A stretch of DNA of 64,000 nucleotides from Eledone cirrhosa (taxonomy: Eukaryota). The position numbers were made by a program, and so were the translations under genes. This document shows positions 13,511-29,207 of this stretch, one piece after another. Position 1 is the stretch's first letter; each line of letters starts with the position of its first letter. Where the stretch lies: assembly GCA_964016885.1 (NCBI GenBank), contig OZ024763.1, positions 13,206,001 through 13,270,000 on the forward strand, written 5' to 3'. Under the pieces are notes generated by a model. The model did no database searches. It was not told the DNA's origin and saw only the letters and a program-made list of their open reading frames with translations.

Positions 13511-14153
13511 TGTGTGTGTGTATGTGTGTGTGTGTACCAGTGTCCACCCTCACGACAACCACCACCACCACCACCACCGTCACCACCATCACCACCGTCA
13601 GCACCACCACCATCACCACCATCACCACCATCACCGTCACCACCACCACCATCACCACCACCATCACCGTCACCACCACCACCACCACCATCTCTGTAAC
13701 TACGTTATGTAACACACACACACACACAGGCACTCATACACATACCATCCGCCCTCACACATAACCCCCCCCCCCCACCTATTCATCTCTTTCATTACAT
13801 TGCATGGTCTCTGAAAATATATCTGAGGTGTGGTGTCTGTGTGTGTGTGTGTGTGTGTGTAGTCTACGTATCTCTGTTTCTGTATATGAGTGTTTGTCTG
13901 TGTGTGTGTGTGAGTGTTTACGTGTGTGTCAATGTACGTATATGCAAGAAAGAGAGCGGGAGAGGCAGAGGGAGGGGGGGGGAGAGAAAAAGAGAGGGCG
14001 AGACAAGTAGTCGTAAGAGACAGAGAGAGAGGGGGAGAGAGAGATGGAAAGATAGAGGTGTGTTGGTGGGGGTCTAATGTCTATAAACAATTCCGTCTGT
14101 GACTTTAAATGGTTCCAGAGGAAATAGTTGACAATCTTACCAAGATCTGGAGT

Positions 14154-14250
<97 letters not shown>

Positions 14251-14339
14251 CACACACACACACACACATTATTTATATATATATACACACTGAAAAAAAA
14301 AAAAAGATATATATATATATATATACACACTGAAAAAAA

Positions 14340-14372
<33 letters not shown>

Positions 14373-14445
14373 TATTATTTATATATATATATATACACAC
14401 TGAAAAAAAAAAAATATATATATATATATATACACACACATGTAT
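10260..14445. repeat. Compound microsatellite field: (TA)/(CA), (ACC/AAC)n at 11125-12740, (TG)n, (GA)n
   Basis: Direct reading. Confidence 0.9.
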
Positions 14446-14654
14446 ATATAGTGCCAAGAGTTTCTGAAGCATATATCAAGAAAAATAGCGCTCTATGTAC
14501 TGTATAGAGTATATTATATAAATGTCCGCTACCTTAGGTTTCAAACTTCAACCAGCATAAGACAGACATTTTACATATGTTAGTTTAGTTACCTTCAGGC
14601 AAAAGATAACTAAACTAACAGATACACAATGTCTGTATCTTGGTATAGTGAATA

Positions 14655-14845
14655 GTTGACTTCCACTGGCAGTATCGGTAGAGTGTTGGACGCCATGCTT
14701 TCTAGCACAGTTACGTCCCTTTACGGTCTGAGTTCAAATGCCGCCGAGTTTAACTTTGCCTTTCATCCTTACGGAGTCGATAAAATAAAGTACCAGTGAT
14801 GTACTGGGTAATTGCTGGCCTTGTGCCAAAAGTAGAAACAATTAT
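14655..14845 (+). mobile_element. SINE family 1, full length
   Basis: A-box TGGCAGTATCGG, B-box GTTCAAATGC, Nin-type core, ATT tail. Confidence 0.85.
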
Positions 14846-15018
14846 TATAGGCTTTCTGATGAAGTGTAATAAATAATTAAGTATTGCATATGATTGAACA
14901 ATATATATTGTAGTCAACATATGTAGACGATTATAATGGACACAGAAACACATGTTAGAGCAAATATATCCCTAATTTCCTTCACGCCGGCGTTTTATTT
15001 TTCTTGGTGCAATACTTG

Positions 15019-15050
<32 letters not shown>

Positions 15051-15051
<1 letters not shown>

Positions 15052-15236
15052 CAAAGAGGGTGTGGTAAGATATCAGATGGACCATAACGCACCAGACTAC
15101 TCAATACTTAGGGTAGTAGAGTGGGTAATAGGAAAAGAATCAGGACCTCCGGCCGTTTCGACAGCTAGATCCGAACTAATTAGTTCGGATCTAGCTGTCG
15201 AAACGGCCGGAGCTCAGCCGCCGGGGTCCTGAGTTT

Positions 15237-15240
<4 letters not shown>
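15051..15240 (-). mobile_element. Fold-back HHR element, family C
   Basis: (TA)n flanked; perfect palindrome centred on GAACTAA|TTAGTTC at 15179/15180; HHR 3' half GAAA-CGGC..GCCG; homologous to the copies at 30098, 31081, 31252 and 40852. Confidence 0.7.
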
Positions 15241-15282
<42 letters not shown>

Positions 15283-15289
<7 letters not shown>

Positions 15290-15488
15290 TAACAGATTAA
15301 AGTTTAAACAAAGAATCGTTGCTTTCACCCTTAACGGGATCTTCAGAAGATCCCGTTAAGGGTGAAAGCAGCGATTCTTTGCTTAAACTTTAATCTGTTA
15401 TTTTAATAAATATTTGCTCTATGTTTTTTTATATATATTTATCCTTATCGAGCCCTCTTTGGATTTTAGTCTTCACATTTATTATTAT

Positions 15489-15492
<4 letters not shown>
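15283..15492 (+). mobile_element. Fold-back HHR element, family D
   Basis: Palindrome 15283-15407 centred on GATCTTC-A-GAAGATC; minus arm reads CTGAAGA-T-CCC-GTTAA-GGG-T-GAAA; (TA)n on both sides; relative at 20700-20955. Confidence 0.7.
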
Positions 15493-15554
<62 letters not shown>

Positions 15555-16149
15555 ATATATATTATCTGTAAAATTACTCCATTATAGGTGCCCTACTTAA
15601 AACCGTATCTTTTCAGGAAATATAATAAAAAATAACTAAGACAAATTATAAAGAATAATACAGTATTCAAAGCTGTGTGCATTCAAAGAGAAAGGGATTA
15701 GAAATTTATAAGTGCAAAAGCCTAAGCACGGGTATATTTTTAGACATGCAACAAAAAAAAATTATCAGTGTTTTTCCACAAGTATGATAAAATACGTTAA
15801 AACTGTTAATTGGTTACAACAGGGATTATTAAAAAGGATGTTTTTAATAGGTATATGGCAGTGCTTATCATTTTTTAGTCTTCTTATCATAGAAAGATAT
15901 GGAAATGTTTAGAAGATATTTCGTTAGTTAAATATCTTATGTCTCATGTAATTGTAAAGTAAGACTGAATTAATGCAGTAAAAACTTTCCCTGAAAGTAT
16001 ATCTACACATTTACCTATTATTTTTCTTATCAGGTTTTAAAGAAAACACTGCACCGATAGGTCCAATGCATTTCAAATGTTTCCACATGCAGTCATTTCG
16101 AAGAGCCTTATGTGCACATTACTTTGAAGCCTGTGTTGTTCTTTATAAT

Positions 16150-16332
16150 AGGGTGGTGGACTGGGAGTATCGGTAGAGCGTCGGACGCCATGCTTTCCAG
16201 CATAGAGTTACGTCCCTTTACGGTCTGAGTTCAAATCCCGTCGAGGTTAACTTTGCCTTTCATCCTTACGGGGTGGATAAAATAAAGTACCAGTAATGCA
16301 CTGGGATAATTGCTAGCCTTGTGCCAAAATTA
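16150..16332 (+). mobile_element. SINE family 1
   Basis: tRNA head and core as in other copies. Confidence 0.85.
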
Positions 16333-16382
16333 TTCTTTATAGTTTGTCTTATGATATTAATTTATTTATTGTTATTTTTTAT

Positions 16383-16513
16383 TATATTTCCTGAAGAGAT
16401 ACGCTTTTGAGTATAGCACCTATAATGGAGTAATTTTACTGATTATATCTGAGGGGGTTTTCTCCATAATTGATGGAACACTCAAGCCGCATTGAAACGC
16501 CTGTAGAGATGTA
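16383..16513 (+). ncRNA. Type I hammerhead motif with long stem II (family F)
   Basis: TATATTTC-CTGAAGA-[..TTGAGT..ACTCAA..]-GAAA-CGCCTG-TA^GAGATGTA; its 5' half is inverted-duplicated at 15561-15660. Confidence 0.55.
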
Positions 16514-16576
16514 TAAATAACACTGGTCAACACACGTCGAAACGGCTTGAGCTCAGCCGTCGGGGTCTTACTGGTT

Positions 16577-16635
<59 letters not shown>

Positions 16636-17005
16636 TAAATCATGTCCTTAGAATTATTAGATAAAATATATACCATTTCCTCTCCCAATTAGCATAATTA
16701 ACCATATAAAAAATCAATTAGACCAGGCTATAAGAATAAAGGCACCTATGAAGAAATATTTGATAAATAACCGAAAGCAGCCTCTTCGCGGTTGACCCCT
16801 ATAGGGTATTTACCCAACATTTCAACAGCATATTTTTACCAAATTATGGTATGCTCTCATCAGATGAAATATAATGTTTGATGTATAAGATAGTGACATA
16901 CCCGAAATATAAACCTTTATCTTTGGCTTACAGTTGGCTTAGAGAACTTCATAACTATTATGAACAAAACTCTTGAATACTCATCAACAAAGCATATAAC
17001 TCATT

Positions 17006-17060
<55 letters not shown>

Positions 17061-17319
17061 AAATTAAGATAGATTAAAAAGAATTCAATCAGAATCAAAA
17101 TTGTGGGTGTCATTCCTTAACGGAATGCGCCATATCGCCCAGAAAATAAGCTCTAGGACCTTGTAGGTACGAGCATTTTATAATAATAACTAGGAATTGA
17201 TCAACATATATATATAAATAAATATAAACATGAAAAATCACAGGAGATGATTTTTCATGTTTATATTTATTTATATATATATGTTGATCAATTCCTAGTT
17301 ATTATTATTATATATATAA

Positions 17320-17512
17320 GGGCGGTGGATTGGCAGTATCGGTAGAGGGTCGGACGCCATGCTTTCCAGCATAGTTACGTCCCTTTACGATCTGAGTTCA
17401 AATCCCGCCGAGGTTGACTTTGCCTTTCATCCTTACGGGGTCGATAAAATAAAGTACCAGTAATGCACTGGATAATTGCTGGCCTTGTGCCTAAAGTAGA
17501 AACAATTATTAT
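17320..17512 (+). mobile_element. SINE family 1, full length
   Basis: GGGCGGTGGATTGGCAGTATCGG...GAGTTCAAATCCC...core...ATT tail. Confidence 0.9.
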
Positions 17513-17575
17513 TATATATATATATTAATTTTAGCAATATTAATAAATGGAAAATATCTTTATAATACCACATCT

Positions 17576-17633
17576 ATTTCATTATACGTATTTCAAGGAC
17601 ACAAAATTCTAGTGTGCTTTCATCAGATGAAAT
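17576..17633 (-). ncRNA. Minimal type I hammerhead, family A
   Basis: ATTTCAT-CTGATGA-AAGCACAC/GTGTCCTT-GAAA-TACGTA-TA^ATGAAAT; a more degenerate sister lies at 16819-16870. Confidence 0.8.
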
Positions 17634-17748
17634 ATAATATTTGGCGTTAAGATATTGACATACCTTAATAGCATAAGCTCGCCAACGGCAATTTGATAAT
17701 CATCAAACCATATAACTCATTGTTTATATATATATATATATATATATA

Positions 17749-18052
17749 GTATAAAAGAACGAAAAATCAGTGATGCATCTGGACTCAATTTATTGCGTGT
17801 TACAATTGTTTCGCCGGCAGGTAGCTCGAGATATGGCCCCTGTATGGATCTGGTTGATTCCACGGCTGCAGGTTCCTTCAGACACGGGTAGTTCGTTCGG
17901 AGCAAATTTTATCACTGTCTGAAGGAACCTGCAGTCGTGGAATCAGCCAGATCCATACAGGGACCATGTCTCGAGCTACCTGCCGGCGAAACAATTGTAA
18001 CACGCAATAAATTGAGTCCAGATGTACCACTGATTTTTCGTTTTTTATACTA
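17749..18052. mobile_element. Fold-back element family E with a variant hammerhead in each arm
   Basis: ~135-bp inverted arms, ~31-nt spacer; minus 17796-17886 reads CGTGT-CTGAAGGA-ACCTGCAG..CTGCCGGC-GAAA-CAATTG-TA^ACACG. Confidence 0.7.
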
Positions 18053-18130
18053 TACACACTCTACTCTGTTGAATATTGAGTGCTAATTTTGGCATACCGC
18101 CTATGGAAGCACCATAGCTAACATTGTACA

Positions 18131-18234
<104 letters not shown>

Positions 18235-18589
18235 CGTGTGTGTGTGCCCATAGATTTAGACAAACGGGAGAAAGGCACGATATACCAGAGGTGATTGTGG
18301 AAAAACCTACTTATAGTTACGTCTCTTTAGGTTCTGAGTTGAAATGGTCGATAAAATAAAATACCAGTAACGCACTGAGGTTGATGTAATCGACTCAGAA
18401 TTCTTGGCCTCGAGCCCAAAACAGAAACCCTTATCAATGTAACATATAATGATTATTTATAATAAATATATGAATTAATAATAATATTGGATGTAATATA
18501 AATAATATCATTATATAACAATTAGCTATAAACTATCAACATGTTTAAACTCATTCTATCAGTATATGATTGTTGCTATGTATGTATCT

Positions 18590-19700
<1,111 letters not shown>

Positions 19701-20012
19701 GTGGTTGATCAGATTTTATCATTGATTCAATATTTACCTGTTCTTAATCAATACAGGTGAGAGAGGGGGAGAAAGAGAGGGTATCGATTCCACTGATGTG
19801 TGATGGCGTTTAGTATAGAAATATACATTGTTATATACACATACATATAAACAGACAGATACATATATATATATATATATATTTATACACACACACATAC
19901 ATACACACTAGAAAGAATCGGAGCTCGACGACTGAGCTCTTGCCTTTCCAACAACTTATTCCAGTCAGGAATCAGGAATGATAAAGGCCCTGGATACATA
20001 CATACATACATA

Positions 20013-20621
20013 CATGGTGGCTGCCAACTCGTTTTCGAGTACGGCCACTACTTTATATCCATGTAGGAGAACCCCAACCGATGCGCTGAACGAGTAACTT
20101 TTTAGTCCAGCCAGCGACTTGAAAACTCTGGTACAAACACTACACTTGTGACAATTATTGACACATAGTGCTGGGCCCATGGTACCATGTGACGACAAGT
20201 GCAGAGAGATCTCCAGATATAAAGCAATGCCTGTGCCGTGAAGCTTTTATAGTGAGCAAAGGCACTGCACAAAGCCAGTCCCAATCTCTTAACCAAGATG
20301 ATATTTACCAAAAAGAAGAACAAGTCAACATCATTGGATACCATCAGAGTTGCAGGTGTTATATCAGAGTTTTCCTTCTCCTAGAATTCTGCCTTGACAA
20401 AGGCTAAGGGGTCATCTCTCCTGGTGATTTTGGATGGCCATTGACTCTTAAGAGCTCCTTTGCCCTTTGACAGGTTTTGTTTTTAGTCCTGCAGGATGTC
20501 CAAAGCCACCCTCCTCACCAAGAAACCTTGGTGGGGTTGCCAGTTTAGTCGCCAACGACCCGACCATGAGACAGGTTGTACTGGGATACATGTTACCAGT
20601 AGCACCAACTGGTGACCTGAC
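20013..20621 (-). mobile_element. Non-autonomous internally deleted RTE-like element, copy 2
   Basis: Near-identical to 7199-7803; (TACA)n on both sides. Confidence 0.7.
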
Positions 20622-20778
20622 ATACATACATACATACATACATACATACATACATACATACATACATACATACATACAGATGTGTGTGTGTGTGTGTATC
20701 AGAAGATCACATTTAAGGTGAAAGCAATAACTTATTGCTTAAACTTTTAATCTATACTAATATTTACTCTACGTGTTC

Positions 20779-20906
<128 letters not shown>

Positions 20907-21078
20907 TTATCGCGTCCTCTTCTGGATTTTGGTTTTTGTATCTAATATTACTATATATATAAGATATACAGTATGAGATATAGTAGCAAGAGCTTCCATT
21001 GACGGGAAAAAAATGAAAAGAGTGCTGTATGTTATCAACAGAGCTGAAATATAGTTAATGTGTGCTCGACACCGTTGA

Positions 21079-21164
21079 TCACTACCGTAGGTTTCGAAGC
21101 ACGTCCTTGTATTGACTGTAAAATATTATAAAGTTCTAAATTGGAACTGCTTTTCATCAGGCGA
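21079..21164 (-). ncRNA. Type I hammerhead motif (family G)
   Basis: TCGC-CTGATGA-A-AAGCA..TGCTT-C-GAAA-CC-TAC-GG-TA^GTGA. Confidence 0.6.
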
Positions 21165-21457
21165 GTAGATAAGATGCTAGCTTTATTTCGTGTGAGATCT
21201 CAGGAGATTAAAGGGGCTGGTAATGCATATGTATAAATCACGTGCACAAGTACAACTCTATATAAAACCTTTTTTTTTTTTCCATTTCAGGTAAACGCGC
21301 TTCATCATCCACTTTTCTAAAACAAATAATAAATTATACACAAAACGCCAGCATAAACAGTTTTGCAAGAGATGTCAACATGAATATTTTTATCTAAAGC
21401 CATTTTTTTCCAATTCCAACCCGCCCGTCCCTTCAATCTATCTTATTTCTTATTCTT

Positions 21458-21492
21458 TCTTCTGATGAAGGACTAGCGTCCGAACGTTAAGA
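21458..21492 (+). ncRNA. Minimal Penelope-type hammerhead with one core A deleted (family I)
   Basis: TCTT-CTGATGA-A-GGAC-TAGC-GTCC-GAA-CG-TT^AAGA; truncated relative at 23889-23960. Confidence 0.55.
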
Positions 21493-21535
21493 CCCTCTTC
21501 CTGCTATATCAAGCGTTAACCTAATAATTTTATTT

Positions 21536-21591
21536 ACTGCTATATATATTTCGATGATAGCCATTGAATGGCTATGACCTCATCCGGCAGT
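21536..21591 (-). ncRNA. Minimal type I hammerhead with a U4G substitution (family J)
   Basis: ACTGC-CGGATGA-GGTCATAGCCATT/AATGGCTATCATC-GAAA-TATATA-TA^GCAGT. Confidence 0.65.
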
Positions 21592-21654
21592 TAGTCAGTT
21601 CTTAGATATGCCAGCTCTGTGTTTATGGTGTTGATGGTATCAGAGCCTTGGGAC

Positions 21655-21707
<53 letters not shown>

Positions 21708-21985
21708 AGTATGTATGTATATGTATGCCTGAACACTGTACGGCGTAATTCGGGCTGTTTGTTTGTTTACAAACAAACAAACCGAACATTATAATAAATG
21801 TTCGGTAAACCCATACGTACATATATATATGTGTGTGCATGTATGTATATATATACATACTACTGTACGTCTGTATACATATGTGTATGTACGTATACAT
21901 ACATACTTACATTTAAGTATCAGCCGTACTAAGAGTTAGAAATGAAATTTCGTTTCATTCTTTTCCATATATATATATACAAAGG

Positions 21986-22308
21986 TATTAAATAAATGGA
22001 AACTATATTTATAAAACCATATTTATTTTATTATATATATTTCAAGGGTACCAAGACAACATTGGTACGCTTTCATCAGATAAAATACAAAGTTTGTTTT
22101 ATAAATAGAGACATACCCATGAAAATCATACCTTATCGGTTGGAAATTCACTGGATAGTGATAAGGTATGATTTTCATGGGTATGTTTCTATTTATAAAA
22201 CACACTTTGTATTTTATCTGATGAAATACAAAGTTAACCTTGAAATATATATAATAAAATAAATATGGTTTTATAAATATAGTTTCCATTTGTTTAATAT
22301 CATTGAGA
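21986..22308. mobile_element. Fold-back HHR element, family A (HHRs at 22025-22086 minus and 22211-22260 plus)
   Basis: ~150-bp inverted arms; ATTTTAT-CTGATGA-AAGCGTACCAA/TTGGTACCCTT-GAAA-TATATA-TA^ATAAAAT; stem II is eroded in the right arm. Confidence 0.8.
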
Positions 22309-22309
22309 A

Positions 22310-22587
22310 TCTCTGTCTGTCTCTCTCTCGCACCCTTTCTCACTCTCACTCACACTCTGTCTGTCTCTCTCTCGCACCCTTTCTCACTCTCACTCACACT
22401 CTGTCTGTCTCTCTCTCACACCCTTTCTCACTCTCACTGACACTCTGTCTCTCTCTCTCACACCCTTTCTCACTCTCTCTCTCTCTCACCCTTTCTCACT
22501 CTCACTCACACACTCGCTGTCTGTCTCTCTCTCACCCTTTCTCACTCTCACTCACACACTCGCTGTCTGTCTCTCTCTCACCCTTTC

Positions 22588-22627
<40 letters not shown>

Positions 22628-23860
22628 CCTTTCTCACTCTCACACACTCTCTGTCTGTCTCTCTCTCACACCCTTTCTCACTCTCACCCACACTCTGTCT
22701 CTCTCTCTCTCACACCCTTTCTCACTCTCTCTCTCACCCTTTCTCACTCTCACTCACACACTCGCTGTCTGTCTCTCTCTCACCCTTTCTCACTCTCACT
22801 CTGTCTCTTTCTCTCTCTCACACCCTTTCTCACTCTCACACTCACACTGTCTGTCTCTCTCACACCCTTTCTCACTCTCACACACTCTCTGTCTGTCTCT
22901 CTCTTACACCCTTTCTCACTCTCACACACTCTCTGTCTGTCTCTCTCTCACACCCTTTCTCACTCTCACACACTCTCTGTCTGTCTCTCTCTTACACCCT
23001 TTCTCACTCTCACACACTCTCTGTCTGTCTCTCTCTCACACCCTTTCTCACTCTCACACACTCTCTGTCTGTCTCTCTCACACCCTTTCTCACTCTCACT
23101 CTGTCTCTCTCACACCCTTTCTCACTCTCACACTCACACTGTCTGTCTCTCTCACACCCTTTCTCACTCTCACACACTCTCTGTCTGTCTCTCTCTCACA
23201 CCCTTTCTCACTCTCACTCACACACTCGCTGTCTGTCTCTCTCTCACCCTTTCTCACTCTCACTCTGTCTCTCTCTCTCTCTCACACCCTTTCTCACTCT
23301 CACACTCACACTGTCTCTCTCACACCCTTTCTCACTCTCACACACTCTCTGTCTGTCTCTCTCTTACACCCTTTCTCACTCTCACACACTCTCTGTCTGT
23401 CTCTCTCTCACACCCTTTCTCACTCTCACACACTCTCTGTCTGTCTCTCTCTCACACCCTTTCTCACTCTCACACACTCTCTGTCTGTCTCTCTCTCACA
23501 CCCTTTCTCACTCTCACACACTCTCTGTCTGTCTCTCTCACACCCTTTCTCACTCTCACTCTGTCTCTCTCACACCCTTTCTCACTCTCACACTCACACT
23601 GTCTGTCTCTCTCACACCCTTTCTCACTCTCACACACTCTCTGTCTGTCTCTCTCTCACACCCTTTCTCACTCTCACACACTCTCTGTCTGTCTCTCTCT
23701 CACACCCTTTCTGTCTGTCTCTCTCACACCCTTTCTCACTCTCCCTCACACTGTCTCTCTTCCACTCTTGCTCACTCCCTCTGTCTATCTATCTCTCTCA
23801 CACACACATACACACACTTGCATACCCCCACTCTGTTTGCCCGTCTCTCTCTCTCTCACA
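22310..23860. repeat. Pyrimidine-rich ~40-bp minisatellite (CACCCTTTCTCACTCTCACACACTCTCTGTCTGTCTCTCTCT)
   Basis: Direct tandem copies. Confidence 0.9.
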
Positions 23861-23999
23861 CACGAGCCCATGGTTTATATTATTTAAAGACTAGCGTCCG
23901 AGACGTCAGTACGTTTTTTCTTACAGTATCAAGCGTCAACCTAATATATAGTCTTCATTGTTTGCCTTGTTGTTTTCCGTTTACTTTTCGCACGCACAC

Positions 24000-25746
<1,747 letters not shown>

Positions 25747-25861
25747 CATTAATATTCTACCCAATTAAGGTAGGACTTTAACCTTGTTAAGACTCAATGT
25801 AGTCTAGATATGAACATCCCGTTGAGACAGCGAAATTTGTTTGTGTGAAAAAGTGGTATAT

Positions 25862-25915
<54 letters not shown>

Positions 25916-26044
25916 GGCAAAGTTGTTATGGTTAAGAACCAGAAGTGGGTCACAGTATGTCAGTGTAGACACACAAAGACAGACATGTGTAAATATACAC
26001 AGCTGTATACACACAAACTCATGGTTTATATTATTGAAAGTCAA

Positions 26045-26499
26045 CTGAAGAACTGTAGAAATGTTTGAGACAGGGACCGTGACCCAATGTTGGATATTCT
26101 CTGAGTCTGAAGAACTGTAGAAATGTTTGAGACAGGGACCGTGACCCAGTGTTGGATATTCTCTGAGTCTGAAGAACTGTAGAAATGTTTGAGACAGGGA
26201 CCGTGACCCAGTGTTGGATATTCTCTGAGTCTGAAGAACTGTAGAAATGTTTGAGACAGGGACCGTGACCCAATGTTTGATATTCTCTGAGTCTGAAGAA
26301 CTGTAGAAATGTTTGAGACAGGGACCGTGACCCAATGTTGGATATTCTCTGAGTCTGAAGAACTGTAGAAATGTTTGAGACAGGGACCGTGACCCAGTGT
26401 TGGATATTCTCTGAGTCTGAAGAACTGTAGAAATGTTTGAGACAGGGACCATCACCCAGTGTTGGATATTCTCTGAGTCTGAGAATATCCAACACTGGG
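26045..26499. repeat. 62-bp tandem repeat, 7 copies, ending in a short inversion
   Basis: Unit CTGAAGAACTGTAGAAATGTTTGAGACAGGGACCGTGACCCARTGTTGGATATTCTCTGAGT; terminal GAGAATATCCAACACTGGG is an inverted copy. Confidence 0.95.
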
Positions 26500-27033
26500 G
26501 CTAATGTAATAGCGATATTTTAAACATCTAAAGATTGTTTTAAGTCTTTTAACCATCATTTACCACGTGAACACCTCATGTAGTATTTGATACATAATTT
26601 GATTTAGGACTGCACTGACTAGAGTCAACAGGCCGTCAAAATAATCGGTTTCTAGTCACTCTCCCGCCCCTAGGGGTGTTTTAACCGATTTTCTAAAGCT
26701 ATTATTTAATACGATCGACTGTTTTTATAGTGGTTTTATGCGTCTGGATTCCCATATTTTCAGATTTCAAATCAACCAGGAGCTACGCTGGTTAATGATA
26801 CACACACACACACAGATATATACACACACATATACACACACACATGTATGTATATATTTAACGAAGGGTATTAGTAGTTGTTAGAATGATTATAACAAGA
26901 ATAGCTGATTTACTTGATATATATAAAGGTTTACTTCACTTCAGTCAAAAAGAACAATAAACGAGTTTCCACGAGTTGTGAAGGCTGACAATGTTATTTT
27001 GTTGTTGTTGTGAGGCTGGAGTAGTCGGAGACC

Positions 27034-27066
<33 letters not shown>

Positions 27067-27124
27067 ATGTCTGTAGTTGACTGTAGACCACTGTGGCCTG
27101 TAGATAGCGGTGATCTTTACATAG

Positions 27125-27610
27125 CTGGTTGCTAGCGTAATGCTCCGATCTCTGTATAAAACGTGGGAATATACAGGCTTTATATACCTGTCGCTTTCTG
27201 TCTCCCACCTCGAGGAGATAGCCCACGCATGAACCTGTCCACGCCGAAGAGAATGGTGACCTAGAATTTGACTTTTAGATGTCACCCAGGGTTCAAGGCG
27301 TAGACAGATTTCGCTACAAGTGCCACAATCGCAGCCGTGTTCAGAGAGAACCAGTGAACTATGATCTCCACGGCACTGCAAGATGTAATGAATTTGGCCA
27401 AGAATGTCGATCAGTAGCAGGACTGAGGCGGTATGTGAAGGTTCACAGGCAACCTGGTGCAACACCTGATGTTATGTAGATCCATTTTTGACGTCAATGT
27501 GTCAAGGAGTGCAAATCTCTAGCAGGCTTGAAAAGCCATAACCGAGAATCACACGTGAATTTGACAAGCAATTGCAATACTCTTAGCGTGTGTCTGCAGC
27601 CATCATATAT
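27125..27610 (+). mobile_element. Decayed RTE-like 3' end with two C2H2 remnants
   Basis: CNEFGQECRSVAGLRRY and QCVKECKSLAGLKSH; terminus GCAGCCATC+ATAT resembles the other RTE-like copies. Confidence 0.55.
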
Positions 27611-27744
27611 AAATGCACTAAACTGCATTGCCAAAGGGTAGCTGATGAGGAAGTGAGACATTTTTGCTTATTAATCCCATGTATATATGTTTACGCTCTA
27701 TCATAGGAATTCTTGGGTATTTAAGCTATAGATTATTTGTATTT

Positions 27745-27931
27745 ATGGATTGGCAGTATCGGTAGAGGGTCGGACGCCATGCTTTGACGCATAATTACGG
27801 CCCTTGCCATTCTGAGTTCAAATCCCGCCGAGGTTAACTTTGCCGTTCATCCTTACGGGGTCGATAAAATAAAGTACCAGTAATGCACTGGGATAATTGC
27901 TGGTCTTGTGCCAATAGTAGAAACAATTATT
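27745..27931 (+). mobile_element. SINE family 1
   Basis: Head and core match other copies. Confidence 0.85.
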
Positions 27932-28329
27932 TGTATTTAATCCATTCTTGTGAACTTCTAACAGGAATGAATACTTTGTTCAGTATAATGAGATGATCGT
28001 AAATCAATTGAGTGATCTAATTTAAATGATTGTAAATCTCCATTACTAATGTCTATGTGATATTGTAACACTAATGTGAATTAAATATTCTGAACTGCCT
28101 TTTATCTTGCTGTGGATTATAACATCATATGGTTGTATTGTGTGTTGGTGTAATGGTAACGCATTGGTCCGGCAAACCATTCAGAGAGTTGAGTTTTTTT
28201 TTAAATCCCAACTTACAGACTAATTCTATTTAGTTAAATATGGCGTAAGCACATGTTACTACCTAATTATATATATGTATATATATATATATATATAGGC
28301 TTCTTGCTCACATTAATTTCTCTATTTTC

Positions 28330-28386
<57 letters not shown>

Positions 28387-28799
28387 TATACATACATATA
28401 TATACACATATATATATATACACATACACATATAAATATATACATACATATATAAACATATATACATATATATATATATAAACATATATATATACATATA
28501 TATATATAAACATATATATATACATATATATACATATATAAGCATATATATACATATATAAACATATATATATATACATATATATATATACATATATATA
28601 TATGTATATATATATATGTATATATATATATGTATATATATATGTATATATATACATACACACACACATATATATATATATACATACACACATATACATA
28701 TACACACGCACACACACACATATATATATATATATACACACATATACATATACACACCCACACACATACATATACATATATATACACACGCACACACAT

Positions 28800-28840
<41 letters not shown>

Positions 28841-28893
28841 AACGACGGATGATATACACACCTGTCAAGGAATATAATATACACAGGTGTTAA

Positions 28894-28944
<51 letters not shown>

Positions 28945-29149
28945 AACGACGGATGATATACACACCTGTCAAGGAATATAATATACACAGGTGTTAAATC
29001 AAATTAATATACATGCCGTCAACCTCGATATTATACTTACCTGTCAATTACACACACACACATACATATACACACATATATATATACACATATATACATA
29101 CACACACACACACACATATACACACATATATATATACACATATATACAT

Positions 29150-29201
<52 letters not shown>

Positions 29202-29207
<6 letters not shown>

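Noticed and set aside
14850-14900. Isolated CTGATGA boxes (also at 27643 and 53068)
   Set aside because: They lack the matching GAAA, stem III and UH elements; chance 7-mers are expected
17320-17410. tRNA genes
   Set aside because: The A/B boxes are SINE heads followed by a SINE core and tail; there is no cloverleaf
21270-21300. Isolated strong splice acceptors or donors (also at 32122, 57754 and 58498)
   Set aside because: No partner site or convincing reading frame could be assigned
26045-26480. Hammerhead in the 62-bp repeat (CTGAAGA..GAAA), or a CRISPR-like array
   Set aside because: No stem II or stem I pairing. Units are wholly repeated with no unique spacers, and the context is eukaryotic.
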